A DNA stretch of 64,000 bases from Takakia lepidozioides (Eukaryota; Plantae; Bryophyta). The stretch is taken from contig CM060733.1 in the NCBI GenBank assembly GCA_030704615.1, positions 19,778,001 to 19,842,000 of the forward strand. The letters run 5' to 3'. Of this stretch, positions 1 through 13,563 are shown in pieces. Within the stretch, counting starts at the first letter, position 1; each line of letters begins with the position of its first letter. A model generated the notes under the pieces. It worked only from the letters and a program-made list of their open reading frames with translations. It was not told the origin of the DNA and did no database searches. The position numbers were made by a program, and so were the translations under genes.

Positions 1-1549
1 TTGTTTGATAGGTAGGTTGGTATTACTTGTAGATTTATATTAGTTGTCAGCTCCACGGCGCCGAAGTCAATGCGAACTACTTGCTGCTCCGTGCGTGGGG
101 TCGTTCTATTTCAGCTCAATGCAGAGGAAGAAGATGACCTTAAAAAGAAAAATGATATTAGGTCAAGCAACAGCCCGAACGATAGGACATTGAAAACAGA
201 AGTGAGTAGTTCATTTCCTTGGGTTTTAGAGTCGCTTAACGAACTGCTAGCTTGTATTTTCAGCAAGCGAGTTCCTAACAGAGGGTTTCTTAGGTCAGTC
301 CTGTAAGGGTCTCGTCTCCGTTTTCCTTACACATTCTTTCTATCTGAGCTCTCCTGATGAACTCTCGGGTTGGGGAAACGTGGTCGCCCCTCAAGTGCCT
401 TCCGGGGTTGCTCTTGTGTGTATGAGGCGTGTGAGTTAGACGCGTCCAAATGGTAGTGCTGAGGGAGAGACTCTGGGTCGTGGTTATCGGGAAGATGTGC
501 TCCATCGGCACCTTTTGCTGGTCCCAAGGAATCGACAAAGCATGGAGGAGCTCGAAGGAGGGGGAAAAGAAGAGCAAAGAGAACAACAAGGTTGCTGATT
601 ATATGTTACCATTGCGATTGGGTCGAGTCATGTTCTCGGTGGCCTTGGAATACTGCCGCTTGAGCATGTATGTATAGACATACTTGGTCCGCGGAGGTGT
701 TGTGAACTTTGTGCCGACCCGTGCGGTCGTAGCTATAGGAGTACTTGAGGAAGTAGTGTCATTTTCTTCATTTGGACATAAGTAGGTCCGCTTGGAGCCT
801 GTTAGCGAATAGCAAAGAGCAGACAAAACTATGACATCTTTTTGTATTGCGATACACCAGAAAGCATATATATTGTGAAACTTTCCAAAACTGGTTCCAT
901 TTGAGCAGCATGATGAGGCAATGGCCATGGTAGCAAACAGAGAGGTGGGAAAAGAGGACAAGCTGTTGAGAGACATTATAATTGGGTCCCATCAGGTCTA
1001 TAGCAGTAAGCATATATCCAGTAAGCTAAAAATGATCGAATTTGATGCACACCGACAATTGCGTCGCACGTGTCGATAAAGTTCACGTAACTATGATTTA
1101 TTACCGTAGTAGGCGCCAAATTCCCCCCTATGTTGGCTAGAAAATAGTTGAGAATTCTTCCCACAGCTTAAATCAATCGATCTCCTTGCGGTTTCAATAA
1201 ACCTGCAAGATGACCAAGTCTCTATCCAAACTAGCTCTGCCTCCGCTTACGGAAAAGCTTTGGCCTACAAGAATGATGGAAGACTATAGAGAAGGGAAGC
1301 TAAAGCAATCTCTAAGCCAAGAATGCTCTCATCCCATTACTCCCCATATCTTCATACTCACTCTTGTTCAAGCAATAGATAAGACTATCCTTAAAGAACC
1401 TCTCAAATAACTCTCACGAGCCCTCAAATTATTGCCATGAACTTCTGAAATCAGCCCTCAATCAGCCCCTCATATAGACCCACCGAGGTTCAAGAAGTTC
1501 GCAAACTTGGACTCTAAACAGTCCACCAAAAGGCCCTAGGCGCCCGCCA

Positions 1550-2212
1550 ATTAGTGGCCTCCAAGGTCTCCAACTAGCCCTCACAATGGCTCCACAAGCC
1601 TGCCCAATATGGCCTCCAAGGACCTCCAAGAGTCCTCCAAACAGCCCTTAAAAAGCTCCACAAATCTGCCAAGTATTGGCCTCCAAGGACCTCCAACAGC
1701 CTTTTAAGAAGCTCCTCAAATCTGCCAAGTATTGGTCTCGAAGGACCTCCAACAGTCCCCCAACAGCCCTTAAGAAGCTCCTCAAATCTGCCAAGTATTG
1801 GCCTCCAAGGACCTCCAATAGTTCCCCAAAGAGCTCTTAGAAAAGTTCCATAAGTCTGCCCAATATAGGCCTCCAAGGACCTCCAATCGTCCTCCAATCA
1901 GCCCTCACAAGGCTCCTTAGGCCTGCAAAACATTGGCCTCAAAGGACCCCAAATAGTCCTTCAAATAGCCCCAAGCAGGCTCCACAAGCCTGCAAGATAT
2001 TGACTTCAATAGACCCCAAATAGTCCTCAAAGCAGGCCCCAATACCTGCAAGATATTGATTTCAATAGACCCCAAATAGTCCTCAAAGCAGCCCCAATAC
2101 CTGCAAGATATTGGCCTCAATAAACCCCAAATAGTCCTCAAACATGCCCCAATACCTGCAAGATATTGGCCTCAATAGACCCCAAATAGTCCTCAAACAA
2201 GGCCCCATACAG
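1550..2212. repeat. Degenerate minisatellite array (~55-65 bp units)
   Basis: The unit gccaagtattggcctccaaggacctccaa...ctcctcaaatct recurs over 1600-1900. The unit ctgcaagatattggcctcaatagaccccaaatagtcctcaaa...cccaatac starts at about 1990, 2046, 2101 and 2156. Confidence 0.85.
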
Positions 2213-2236
2213 CTCCAAAAATATCCACAATCAGTC

Positions 2237-2660
2237 GATTTTTCATCCGTCAATGACCGAATTTCATCCAAAACCGCGATTTTTCATCCGCAGGTCCGAT
2301 ATTTCATCCGCCACGATAGTTCATCCATCGGTGCGATATTCCATCCAATGGCGCAATATTTCATCCGCTGGCACGATTTCATCCGCTGGCGCAGTTTCAT
2401 CCGCCGCTGCGATTTTTCATCCGATGGCACGATAGTTCATCCGCTGACCCATTTTCATCCATTGCCGCGATTTTCTATCCGATAGCGCGATAGTTCATCC
2501 ACTGCCACGATTTCATCCGCTGACGCAGTTTCATCTGTCGCGCAATTTTTCATCCAATAGTGCGATAGTTCATCCGCTGACGCAGTTTCATCCACTGCAA
2601 CCTATTCTCATCCAGGAGTGCCGATTCTCATCCACTGGCTCAATAGTTCATCCGATGGGA
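2237..2660. repeat. Short-period repeat array with core tttcatcc(g)
   Basis: About 20 copies of (t/g)ttcatcc separated by short, mutually related linkers (gctggcacga, gctgacgcag, gcgcgatag). Confidence 0.85.
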
Positions 2661-4696
2661 CAATGGTGGTGCTCCCAACTCTGAGGCAATGTTGCTGGAT
2701 ATTAGATGATATTTCGAAACCCATCAGTTCTTGCCAAAAATATGGCATATCACTATTCCTGTCGCATGCATGATTAGCCATTTCAAAATCTACATTTGTC
2801 GTCAAGCGTAATTAACTGGTAGGGATCTAACCAAAAAGTAGACGCTAACTATAGAATCTAAATTGCTACAGTTATTACAGTTTTTAACATGCACCCAAGT
2901 TATGAATTCCTTAGATGCATTACGACAATTAAACCAACCTTAATTTATTAAAAAAACAATAACATCTACTCTATTTAACACGGGCTCCAAATATCGGTAA
3001 TGTTTCTGTTCAAATAAAGCAAGCAACATCACCATGGGTGTTGGTAGTTGGTGAGCTGGTGAGTGGACCAAAATATTGATGAGCTGGTGAGTTGACCAAA
3101 ATATTGGTGAGTATAAAATCAAAAAGAATATCGTATGAGCACAACTTAAGATTTTCGGATACAATAAATTTATATATATGCTCACATATTATAATATGAG
3201 CATTAGTTTTTGTATTTTGTTTGGGTTGGAATTTGAATTGGGATTAGGTCAGCATCATGTAGTTCTCCAACGAACCACACACTATGTACGTGTGGCTCGC
3301 CAGAGAACCAAGCCCAAGCCTAATATTTCCGATCCTAAAGCAAACCTATATCGAAGCCATCTCATTGGTGCTGAACTTGTCAACACTCGTTGAACCTACA
3401 AGCCTGATTAGATTCTCATGTCCAAATGTGTTGGAATGGTATTATATAGGGCCTGGTTGGGTATCAACCAGGGTATTAAATAACCGGCCCGGCTGGTATT
3501 GGCTATTGTAATACTAGGGTTAGTAACCAAGCCGCCTGATATTGGCAATTCCAATACCTAGGTCGATACCCTACATAGGCTAGTATTGCCAAAAACAATA
3601 CCTGTGCAATACAACAAAAACAAGGACTACACACATTGTATAGATATGAAGTTGGGCGGGTGCACATGTTAGGGGTGATGGCATTCCAGCCCCAAAGGCC
3701 CGCCACTATTCTTCATTTTTTAGCACAACCTCCACAAATTGGTGCTAATTCTACAAAATTGGCCAGGAATTGGCCGGATGACGTGCGGACAAATTGCAAG
3801 GTGCTGGAGCAAGGGACCAAGGATTTTTTTTGTCAGAAGACAATATGATTGATGAATATAAGGACCTCATTGTAGATGTTGGCATATTTGATGAGGCTTG
3901 CAATCAGTTTTCTTTTAACTCATTTTGCATACTAAAATCTGCAACATTATTATGTAATGCAAAGTTTGAATTTGCAACAGAATATTTAATTTCTTTGTGA
4001 AATCAAGTATGCTTCTAGATTCAATTAAACACGTTAATAATTTAATGGTTGTTTTAATTCCAATTTTAATTATTCATATCCGGGTCAATTACCGGCTGAT
4101 ATTATGATTGGAATACCCATCCTATTGATTACTGTCCACAAATAAAAAATCATACTACTATTAAGGACTGGCGGATATTAAAATTAAATGAATCTTCCAA
4201 TACTATGGAACCGGCTGGTATTGAAAAATAATTTCTTTTCAATACCAGAACCCCGATGGTATTTTAAGAAAGTAATACCCGCTCAACACTGGTCTGAACC
4301 TGAAAAATTTAATGGCCATTGACAATTTGACACACTCACCCACTCGCCGCCGCTCATCCCCCATCAACCATCTACAGATCATATTGTATTCTACGTTGGC
4401 AAGGGGGTTGGTATTCTATGAGCACAGCGTTAGCATGCTCACGTGAGCAGGGCGTGAGCACAACCCGCGGTCGTAGGGGTTAACTGTTTCCAAACCGTGG
4501 TCATAGAAATTACATCTTAACAAGCACGGTGCTCACACGCTACCCAACCTTCGTTGGCAACAGTATAATGTCATGGAAGAAAATCCATCAGCGGGGGTTA
4601 TATTTCCTAGGCTTGGGCAATAGGTCTAGTCTGTATAACTACCAAGTTGTTTGTCTAAATATGAGTATGTTTTGGCAACACTTAGCAAATAGAACA

Positions 4697-7639
4697 ATGG
4701 ATTCCCAGCCGTCTACGCTTTTTATGAGCTGCCTCTTTCTTCTTGTACTATTACGAGTCAACTCATCGGGTGCCGCCAACGACTATAGCCATGGGACAAG
4801 ACGCACATTTGTGTTGGATGCTTCAATATCTAGAGAGCTGGTTGAGATCAATGCCACCCAACACGGTGTATCCCTTGCACTCACCCACGTCGACTCGCCC
4901 CACTCCCCTTTGAGGCCCTCTCATTGCCGCAAAGATGATGAGGCCTGTGTGCGTGCGGCTAGGAGGGCTCGGCACAATGTTGCAGCGTTGGGCCCTTCCA
5001 CGCGCAACAAGTTTCCTGGCCGGAACTTGAAACAAGATGTTTTTCTCTCCTCGACCCAACCACAAATAACCTACGGTTCGCAATTAGAATATTTTACAAC
5101 CATTCAAGTGGGCTCCAATCTGGGACGAACCCCCCAATACGTCCTCATAGACACCAGCAGCGACTTCACTTGGATCCAAGCCTACCCATGTGATGTGAGT
5201 ACATCCACCTCATTCAATATTTTTGGAAGATGCATCATGTTTGACAAGAATTAGAGAATAAATATGGTTTGACGAGAGTGTACACACTTTTTTCAAGGAC
5301 TATTTGAAGACAAATATGATGACATTATTTTTGTTTTGGTTGTGCAGTCTTGTCAACCACAAACATCAGCTGGTTATTCACCTTGGTCCTCGTATACTTC
5401 AAGAAATATTTTGTGTTGTGACGTTGAATGTCTTAAGTTATATTGGAATGGCGCCTTTCACGGTTGTGATGATCATAATAACGATAATTGTTTATACAAA
5501 ACTATGTATAGCGACCAGTTGCACCCGATAGGAGCCAACGATCGATATAGCTTGGGTCGACTTGCTACTGAGAACATAGCATTGATGAATCAGAATGGAC
5601 TCCTAGTCACCATTCCAAGTACGTTTGGTGACTCTTCTTGTTTTGAAATGCTTTTGGGCCTGTACGTTAGATTGAAAATTTGATACGAAAAACAATAGGA
5701 ATTTTGTAAGAACTCAATACACATGTGCGATCTGACTGTTCATGCGCCGGATGTAGGAAACGTGAGCTCTTCCAGTGGGCCCTCTTATAGATTCTCCCTA
5801 GGGGCCCACTTACCCAAATGTCACTAGTAAATACTTTGAATGCAAGAGGTTGGTAAGTAGTGGTGAGTAGCCCATGGGTGAGGTCCAGAGATGGCGGTGG
5901 AGGTTGTGGGATGGTGTCAACCCCCTACGTCTCATATAACTCCTCTTAGTGCATTGTATATTTAGCCAAATTTGGACAGTCCAATTGTGAAGCCAAGTGG
6001 GAGTTATTCCAAGTAGCCTTTACACTCCTTTCAGTGTCACCTGATTGGAGTTACATTCCCATATAAACCCAATTGACCGTTATCCCAACTTCTGTTCAAC
6101 ATCACTCTCGAGAGCCGATAAAAAAGATTTGATATGCTAGAAACTGACTTAGCATCATGTCAAACAATCACACATATGCATTAAATTCTTACGTTATTCC
6201 TAGTATTCGTCAGTTGATATTATTTGTATTGTTGTTTATTTTTCAGAGGTTATGATGGGATTTGGGCAAGAACAAACGCTATCTATGAATATGATGGCTG
6301 CCGGCATCTTGGGCCTTGGAGGTGGAGGGAAATCTGAGTTCTCCATGTCAGCCCAAATCGCCCTTCATGGTGGACCACTAATGACCAATCAATTCTCCTA
6401 TTGTTTGCCACAACCCTAGGGTCATCACAACGGATTATTGATCTTTGGTTCCAGGTCGATAACCTTATGTATGTTCAATTTTTCATCTTTTGAAGTTGCC
6501 AAATTATTTTGGAGATCATGAATCTTATATATATATATATATATATATCTTTTAAGTGTATATTTGAAACAAGCATCAACCAACAAACCATGGTCCAAAT
6601 ATTACGGGCATCAGTCTGTCTTTACAAGTGGTCATGTGTTCATATCCAAATAGGTGTATGTTGGATATCACATATTATGGCCAATTTAGCTGCAAAGGGG
6701 GTACTTGGATCGACGAGTAGAAAGCATAATGTGTGGATATGTGGGGATTTAATTTGAGTCCTAGCTAGGGAGGGGAGTGCAACTGCATTGCCTTGTTTTC
6801 GGCCATTAAAAGATGTCAACTTTCCAAACTGAAGGCAATAGTCACCCGGGTGAAGGGACAACAGAAGTTGCGCTTGCTTTGACTAGAGTCTTTCTTCTTT
6901 ATCTCACAGATATATTACGAGTCACATTTTTGTCATGAAAAGTATGGAAAAAGTGACATTCCACAATAGGATTTTGACTCAAACTTCTTTTGGGGCCATA
7001 ATTTTGTTTTATATAATATAGACGTTATCTAACAATGTTCCTTTTCCACAATACATTGCAGTTCCCGGCGTCATCTTTTTGCAAATGCCTAATAGAGGGG
7101 TTTATGGAGCGAGTTCATATTATGTTCCTCTCACGAAAATTTTAGTGAATGACCAAGAAGTGCCTAATATGCCTGCTTACATCTTTGACATTGACGGGGA
7201 AGGTGAAGGAGGTGTGATAATTGACACCAACACTAAATACACAACCCTCACTACAGAAGCATATTTGCCATTCAGGGCCGCATTTATTGATGCAGCATCA
7301 CGAATGCCGACTGGGCCTCGAGGCCCACCTCATGATGTCATCCAGACATACCATTACTTCGACACGTGTTGGGACGTGGATCTTGACTTGCCTCCTCCCG
7401 AATTTCCAACAGTGACATTTATATTTGACGACGGTGAAAAGACTTTGGGTTGGAGATTGAGTAGAGAACAAACTATGTTATCTGAAAGAGACGATGTATC
7501 TGGCATCGTGTGTTTAGCTTTTAGTTGTCGTAGTGAGCGTCAAATGAGTTTTCTTGGCGCTTGGCAACAACAAAATATGCAAGTTCTGTTTGATTTGCCT
7601 CAGAACAATATTGGATTTTTTGCATTTCGTTGCATGTAA
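4697..7639 (+). pseudogene. A1-family (nepenthesin/CDR1-like) secreted aspartic protease, 4 exons, in-frame stop in exon 3
   Basis: GT-AG exons 4697-5194, 5348-5618, 6247-6468 and 7062-7639 join in frame. Motifs: signal peptide MDSQPSTLFMSCLFLLVLL, EYFTTIQVG, LIDTSSDFTWIQ, GILGLG, FSYCLP, IIDTNTKYTTL, FDTCW, CLAF, LGAWQQQNMQVLFDL. TAG at 6417-6419. Confidence 0.85.
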
Positions 7640-8499
7640 GATTAATGGTCAATAAATTTATTGTAATTCATCTTTACAGTCAATTCTTCAAAAATATTTG
7701 TTGTAAGTATACAACCTATTTGACGGATGATGGAATGATATTTACTGTTTATTGTTTATTTTTTCTATGTCATTTGATTTTTAAAAAAATTAATTATGTT
7801 TTATTTAAGGTTTGTACTAATGTTGAGCGGACATTAGATTTAGCTTCAAACCCTTGGCGGATCCCAACCCGGTATATGTGTGTGTGTGCCAAAGGTCAAA
7901 AAATCTAATGTCCACCTCAATGAGGAATTACCGGATACGAAAATAACCGTAGTTGGTTGAGAACTGGTTATTTTGATTTTTATTTATTTTTAAAATTGTG
8001 GCAGTAGTTGATTAGAGAGGGTGAAAAAATAACCACCAAGAGGCCATGGAGCTTATAGTGGGAAGACTGCCTCGTAACCAAGAGTACAAAGAAAACATAA
8101 AGAAAGAAAGTTTTGAGATCAATGAAGCAAAGAGAAAAAGCCAGAATGTACTATCGTGAAGAAGATAAAGATAAGATAAGACAAAGTTTCTTTAACGTCC
8201 AGTGAATTTACAAAGCCTACTGCTCAACACACAGGCCATCAAGGGCCCAATGGACGGTTTGAAGGCACATGTTGAAGGATCGAACCCAGGATCACCTAGG
8301 TTATGCACAGACAAGGCACAAACACCCAACCAGTTAGGGCGGGAGATGATAGTAGAGAGTGAAACTTAAGTGCAGATCAAGAGACCTAACCCAAGAACCA
8401 GAAAATTGAGAAGGGCCCCACATTTTGGGCTATTGAATTGCGAAAAAAAAAAAAAAAAAAACATTTTGAAGCTGAAAAACCAAAATTGCATGGTGCTCC

Positions 8500-9511
8500 T
8501 CCCTCCTTAGCGTGTATCAGGTACATTGAATGTGGAGTCTTCACCTTGAAGCTAACTTGGCTGACATCATTGTTATGACGTCTCATTGACGTGTAGCTTG
8601 AGGCTTAGCTGGATATCGTTGATGAAACTCTCTTGGATTTTGTCAGATGTATTGGCGAGGTTGGATGAAGGTTCCCACGTTCGTTCGCTGATGTCGTAGC
8701 CTTTCCAATGTACGAAATACTCAAGACATTTATACTTGATGCGAGAGTCTAGGACTTCGTCGACTTCATACTCAATTTCCTGATTGACTTCGATTGGTGG
8801 AGGTGGTACGGAGACTCTCCCTGGAATATTCGATTGATGGTACAACTCCAATAATGAAACATGAAAGACTGGATGGATGCGCATACTTCGTGGGAGTTCA
8901 AGCCAAAAACTGATCGGATTTATTTGTCGAATAATTTTGAATGGTCCCAGGCGTTGATAATCCAACTTCCTTGAAGGTTGCGAGGTTTATATGTCACGTC
9001 GAAGAAGCCACACACGATCTCCGACTGGGGTTGGAGTTGGAGTTGGTGACGTTGATCTGCATACTCCTTATATTGTTTTTGAGCTTCTGCGAGGTGGAAT
9101 GTAAGCTCCTTGTGAATCGTAGCGAGATGATTAGCAAGGTTTTCTGCAGCAAGCCTTTCAACAGTCTTCATGTGGAAAATGTTTGCTCGAGGATGATGAC
9201 CATAATTGGAGAAAAATTGAGTTTGTTTGGTCGAAAAATGTATAGTGTTGTTGTAGGCTCTCAGCCAATGACAGAAGGTTCGTCCAATTATCTTGGTGAT
9301 AATTTATCGTACATCGAAAATACTGCTCCAAAATCTGGTTTACACGTTCGGTTTGATCATCAATCTGTGGATGATTAGCTGTAGAGAGGTTGATCTTAGT
9401 ATCCAATATGTGAAATAATTCCCTCCAGAAATTTGATATGAACAGTGGTCCTCGATCAGATACGATGTCCTTCGGGAGTCCATGAATGCAGTAGATATTA
9501 TTGAGGAAGAG
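8500..9511 (-). mobile_element. Tcn1-like chromovirus (Ty3/gypsy) fragment: integrase C-terminal half plus chromodomain, degenerate
   Basis: [46 protein letters not shown], chromodomain [24 protein letters not shown]. Closely similar to 15520-16535. Confidence 0.92.
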
Positions 9512-10752
9512 TTTAATTTCATATGACAAAATTGTGTGAAAGGTCAAAAATCTGTCAACCTGTCATGTGAAAGGCATTTTCTCAAAGTTGTCTAACACAG
9601 TGAAAGTCAAAAAAAAAAAAAAACCTGTCATTAAAAAGGTAGGCTACCTGTCAAAATACAACATTGTTTCTAGTGACATTCTCATATGTTTTGACACGCT
9701 TCTCAATACGCCAGCACGCTCTGACAAATCCATGGTCGGGGCAACTCGTGCTAGAGAACGGGCCGCGTTGGCCGATTCTGCCCTGTGCGCGGCCATAGGG
9801 CTCGCCCGTCATCAGAGCGTGCTGGCGTGTGAGAAGTGTGTCAAAGCATATGAGAACGTCACTGGGAACTCCAGCAAGGCGGGGACATAGGATACAGGGG
9901 CGTAACGAGGGGCAAGGGTGTGGCTACCCAGTGGCTACCAGCACAGGGCAGAGTCGGCCAATGCGGCCCGTTCGCTAGCGTTAAAAGCAGGTTGTGGCGT
10001 ATTCTCACCGCCACCTGGCACAATATGATTGAGGTTCCATTATCCCATATCGATTGCCCAGGTTTAGAGCCCCAGAGAGGATATAAACGGAGCGAGCCTC
10101 CGAGGGAAGGCGGGCGGGTTGATGGCTGAATGGTTGATGACATGGGCCATGGGCTTCAGTGGTTGCTCTGCCGTCCTTGGTGCGTAATCGGCCATCCTTG
10201 CCAATTCTGCCTGCCGAATCGGCAATACACCTTGGGTGGCCGATTCGGCCTGAGAATTAGGCTCAAAAAGTGGCAGAATACGCCACACATGCTTTTAACG
10301 TACTAGAGAGCTATGCCGATTATGACATCTTGCGAGGCCCTAAGGGCGAGCGGCAGACCACGGCCCGTTCCCTGGCGTTACCATATGGGGCTGCATATTC
10401 TCTGCACATACGAATCCGTAGGCATATACTTACGTGGAGAATCTGCTGTCCCGGCAGATTACGTTGCTGAATCAGCAGTGGGGTTTGGAAGGCCGATATT
10501 GCCACATAATTCAGCCCTAAACCTGCAGAATGTGCAGCCCCGGATGGTAACGGTTGTGGGACGAGTTCAAGTCACTGAATATCGTGCACGGTGAGTTAGT
10601 GTTGTTTTTTGACAGGTAGCCCTACCATTTTTGTGATAGGTTATTTTTTTTTTAAAACTTTCATTGGGACAGACAACTTTGAGAAAATGCCTTTCACTTG
10701 ACAGGTTGACAAGTTTTTGATCTTTCACATAACCATGTCATATGAAATTAAA
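9512..10752. mobile_element. Non-autonomous long-TIR (MULE/fold-back-like) element with GC-rich interior
   Basis: 9512-9665 (tttaatttcatatgac...ctgtcaacctgtca...aggcattttctcaaagttgtct...ctacctgtcaaaa) is the approximate reverse complement of about 10598-10752. Confidence 0.75.
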
Positions 10753-11544
10753 AATTAAAAATGAAAAGAAGTGTGAAGTGTGAACTTCTTACAATTAGTC
10801 CACAGTCAATCTTTGCAGGCTCAATCACTTAGACTATGTTGCTCGACCCTGGAAGACTGCCTGGGTCATGCGCACCATGGATGAAAGAGCAAATTGCTCG
10901 GGTCCTAATTATAAGTGCCCATCACAATGTGTCCAACAGAGCGCGGAGGGGCTTGGACGACCAGTCTTTGCATGCAGGCGAGGCTCTAAAATATAGCAGA
11001 TCCCCGAACCACTTAGGCCGTTTTGAACTTAAGTCCCCAGGTGTCTGTTTCTTGAAGTAAATCTTGAGCGCTAGATGACTAAAGAGCCCTTTCACAACCC
11101 AAAGCAGTATATGAGAACGCTTCGAAGATCAAAATCATCGAAATTCAGCTAGCTAGCTAATCTTGGGATTGTATTCTTCCAATGAGCAGAAATGACGTGC
11201 TTGAGCGTGTAATCTAAGCAGAGTCAAATACATACTGCAAAGCAATGGTCAGGACTTAAGACCTGATCACCTGAAACGTGGATTATTAAGGTTTATGATA
11301 AAGATCTACAAACCACACAGCTCTACTCATGGGCCAATGTAGCTTTCATTGAAGGTAGAACCCAAGACCCCTGAAGAGTAAGCCAACCTGCAGGCCTGTA
11401 TGCAACGCACGGTGGACGCAACTCACAGCCCAAACAATTCAGGCCCTTGAGGAGGAGAAAAAATAACCCCCTTTCATTTATGGGCCATGGAGGCACATAG
11501 GACAATAACAACATAACGCCACGAACAATCCCCACACGGGGCAG

Positions 11545-11612
11545 GGCAGCGGCTTTGAACCCCGAACCACCAAGGCGACACATTGTGCACTTTAACTTAC
11601 CAGCTGAGCTCG
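11545..11612 (-). other. tRNA-derived SINE-like head (A and B boxes)
   Basis: Minus strand reads AGCTCAGCTGGTAAG...GGGGTTCAAAGCC. No clean cloverleaf was verified. Confidence 0.35.
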
Positions 11613-11616
11613 GGTC

Positions 11617-11915
11617 CGACATATGAGACGCACTTGGATACATAGGAAAGTGCACTTGGTCTTAGATTTCTATTCTTTACACATGGGCCAACGACATAGG
11701 CTACACTAGAGGTCGCACTTGGGCCTCGACATAGGAGACGCACTGGGATATATAGGAAATAATTACACTTGGTCTTAGATTTCAATTCTTCACACATGGG
11801 CCAACGACACATGCTCCTCTAGAGGTCGCACCTAGGCCTCGACGCACAGGGATACATAGGGGATTGCACTTGGACTTAGATGACACTGGACACTTGGGCC
11901 AACGGCACAGGCTAC
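11617..11915. repeat. ~110-bp tandem repeat, about 2.7 copies
   Basis: gacataggagacgcac..ggatacatagg..cacttggtcttagatttc..acatgggccaacgaca..ctagaggtcgcac starts at about 11618, 11729 and 11840. Confidence 0.8.
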
Positions 11916-12523
11916 CCTAAGTATACCCTGAGGGTATGAATAGTTTCCGGGTATGGAGAGTTATTTCAATTAATATGTTTAATGGTTTTTTTTAGAGTTA
12001 AGATGTTTTTCAATACAAAAAAAAAAAGACAATATATGATAATAGAGAAAATTGATAAGATATTGCTGATTCAATTCCGAATGCAAGAGGAAGGAGGTTT
12101 GAGATTCAGGGTAAATATATCATAAAAATATACCCTTAATATAAGGATATATATCCAAGTACCTATACTTAACACACCAAGTACTATATATATATACCCT
12201 GATATACCGCCGAGTATATTAGGGTAATCAATATATCTGCCCAACATTGGTGTAAACCCACTCTATTACCCAATATAAGTCAAGCCAATGATACCTTTGT
12301 TAAAGGAATCTACCATGTAGACCTCACACACACTACCACTCAAGAACCAGAGCTATGGCTGTGAGAGAGGACTCGGGAGGCTCAACTAGAAGACGACAAG
12401 CCTTCTTGGGCCTCACGTGGAGATACGCCTCTCCACGTCCCAAATGAGATTCGCCACCTTACTTGGCCAAATGAACTCCCAATGCCAACAAAATATAAAT
12501 ATAATTATATATGTCATAATTAG

Positions 12524-12660
12524 TGTCACAGACATAGCCCAGAGGAACTTACCATGAGTAAATACCAGAAGTTACTAAGTTATCATGTTATCAAAAGTTA
12601 CCGTGATCTGCGATGATCTATCGTGATTTATCAGAGACTGGACACTCTTCAGTCTCGCCA
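12524..12660 (+). mobile_element. Internally deleted LTR fragment of the Tcn1-like family
   Basis: Starts tgtcacagacatagcccagaggaacttaccatgag, the same 5' end as the LTRs at 13564, 15452 and 45002. Confidence 0.8.
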
Positions 12661-13563
12661 ATTTTATATCTAAGGCTCATTTCAGACTAGCGACCAGACG
12701 AGTGTTAGCGGCTCTCATTTGTTGAATTTCGTGGCTTGGCCGGTACACATTTTCTCGCACACAGTTTTGTCCATTGGACAAGGTTGCCGAGTCATCACCG
12801 ACACCTTCCAACTTAGCGGGCAAGGAAAGCAAGATTTGGGCCTAGAGAGGGGTGGTCCCAAATTTTATCTAGTGGCAAAAACTTAATCTATGAATCAAAT
12901 TAGCGTCGGCTCATGCGTTCTCGTCCTGCCTACGTAATTTTTGGCATGAAAGTTTTTGTTTATTTCTGTGCACCTATATGAAACTTCGGGTGCGTAGGTG
13001 AGTAGATGTGTTTTTGGTCCACTCCATATCATCTTCTCTACCACAAGTTATTTATTTACCCAAAAAAAAAACCGCATAATATTGCATGTTTGAGCAACGT
13101 GGTGGGTCCACTACTAGAGCATTATCCCCTCCATGCCGTGCAGCGCCAGCTATAGGCCACTTAAGGAGACAACGCTTTTTCGTTTTGCGAGCAAGCTGTC
13201 GTTAATTTTCGAGCTAAAGACCTGACCACTTGAAGCTTACCTAAACACCTAAGAGTGGGAGTGAATGACGTTATTTTAGGATCATAACATAAGGTAGTTG
13301 GGATTTTCAAATGACCGAGTTGAGCTTGAGGTTATAAACGTAGGGCGAGGCCCAATGATGGGGGCCTTCTTGACATGAGGAGGCACAAGGCGTAGCCTAG
13401 GCCCCAAGTTTTAGGAAGGCTCCTGTTCGAGGGCCTCACCCTGTGTAAAGAAACAACAATGATTTTGATAACTTAAATTATCAAACGGTTCAGATACACT
13501 GTGTTGCAAGTTAATACCTTTGCTACCATTGATGGGCTACATGATGTCGATCAACGGTACAAT

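Noticed and set aside
70-1410. Short ORFs at the window start
   Set aside because: No recognisable domains or supportable exon structure.
2237-2660. CRISPR-like repeat/spacer appearance
   Set aside because: The core is only ~8 bp, the linkers are short and related to each other, there are no cas genes, and the context is eukaryotic.
6417-6419. Stop codon repaired by U-to-C RNA editing
   Set aside because: Such editing is organellar, and this is a nuclear gene with spliceosomal introns.
8275-8345. tRNA gene (GGTTCGATCC B box on the minus strand)
   Set aside because: No convincing acceptor or anticodon stems; at most a SINE remnant.
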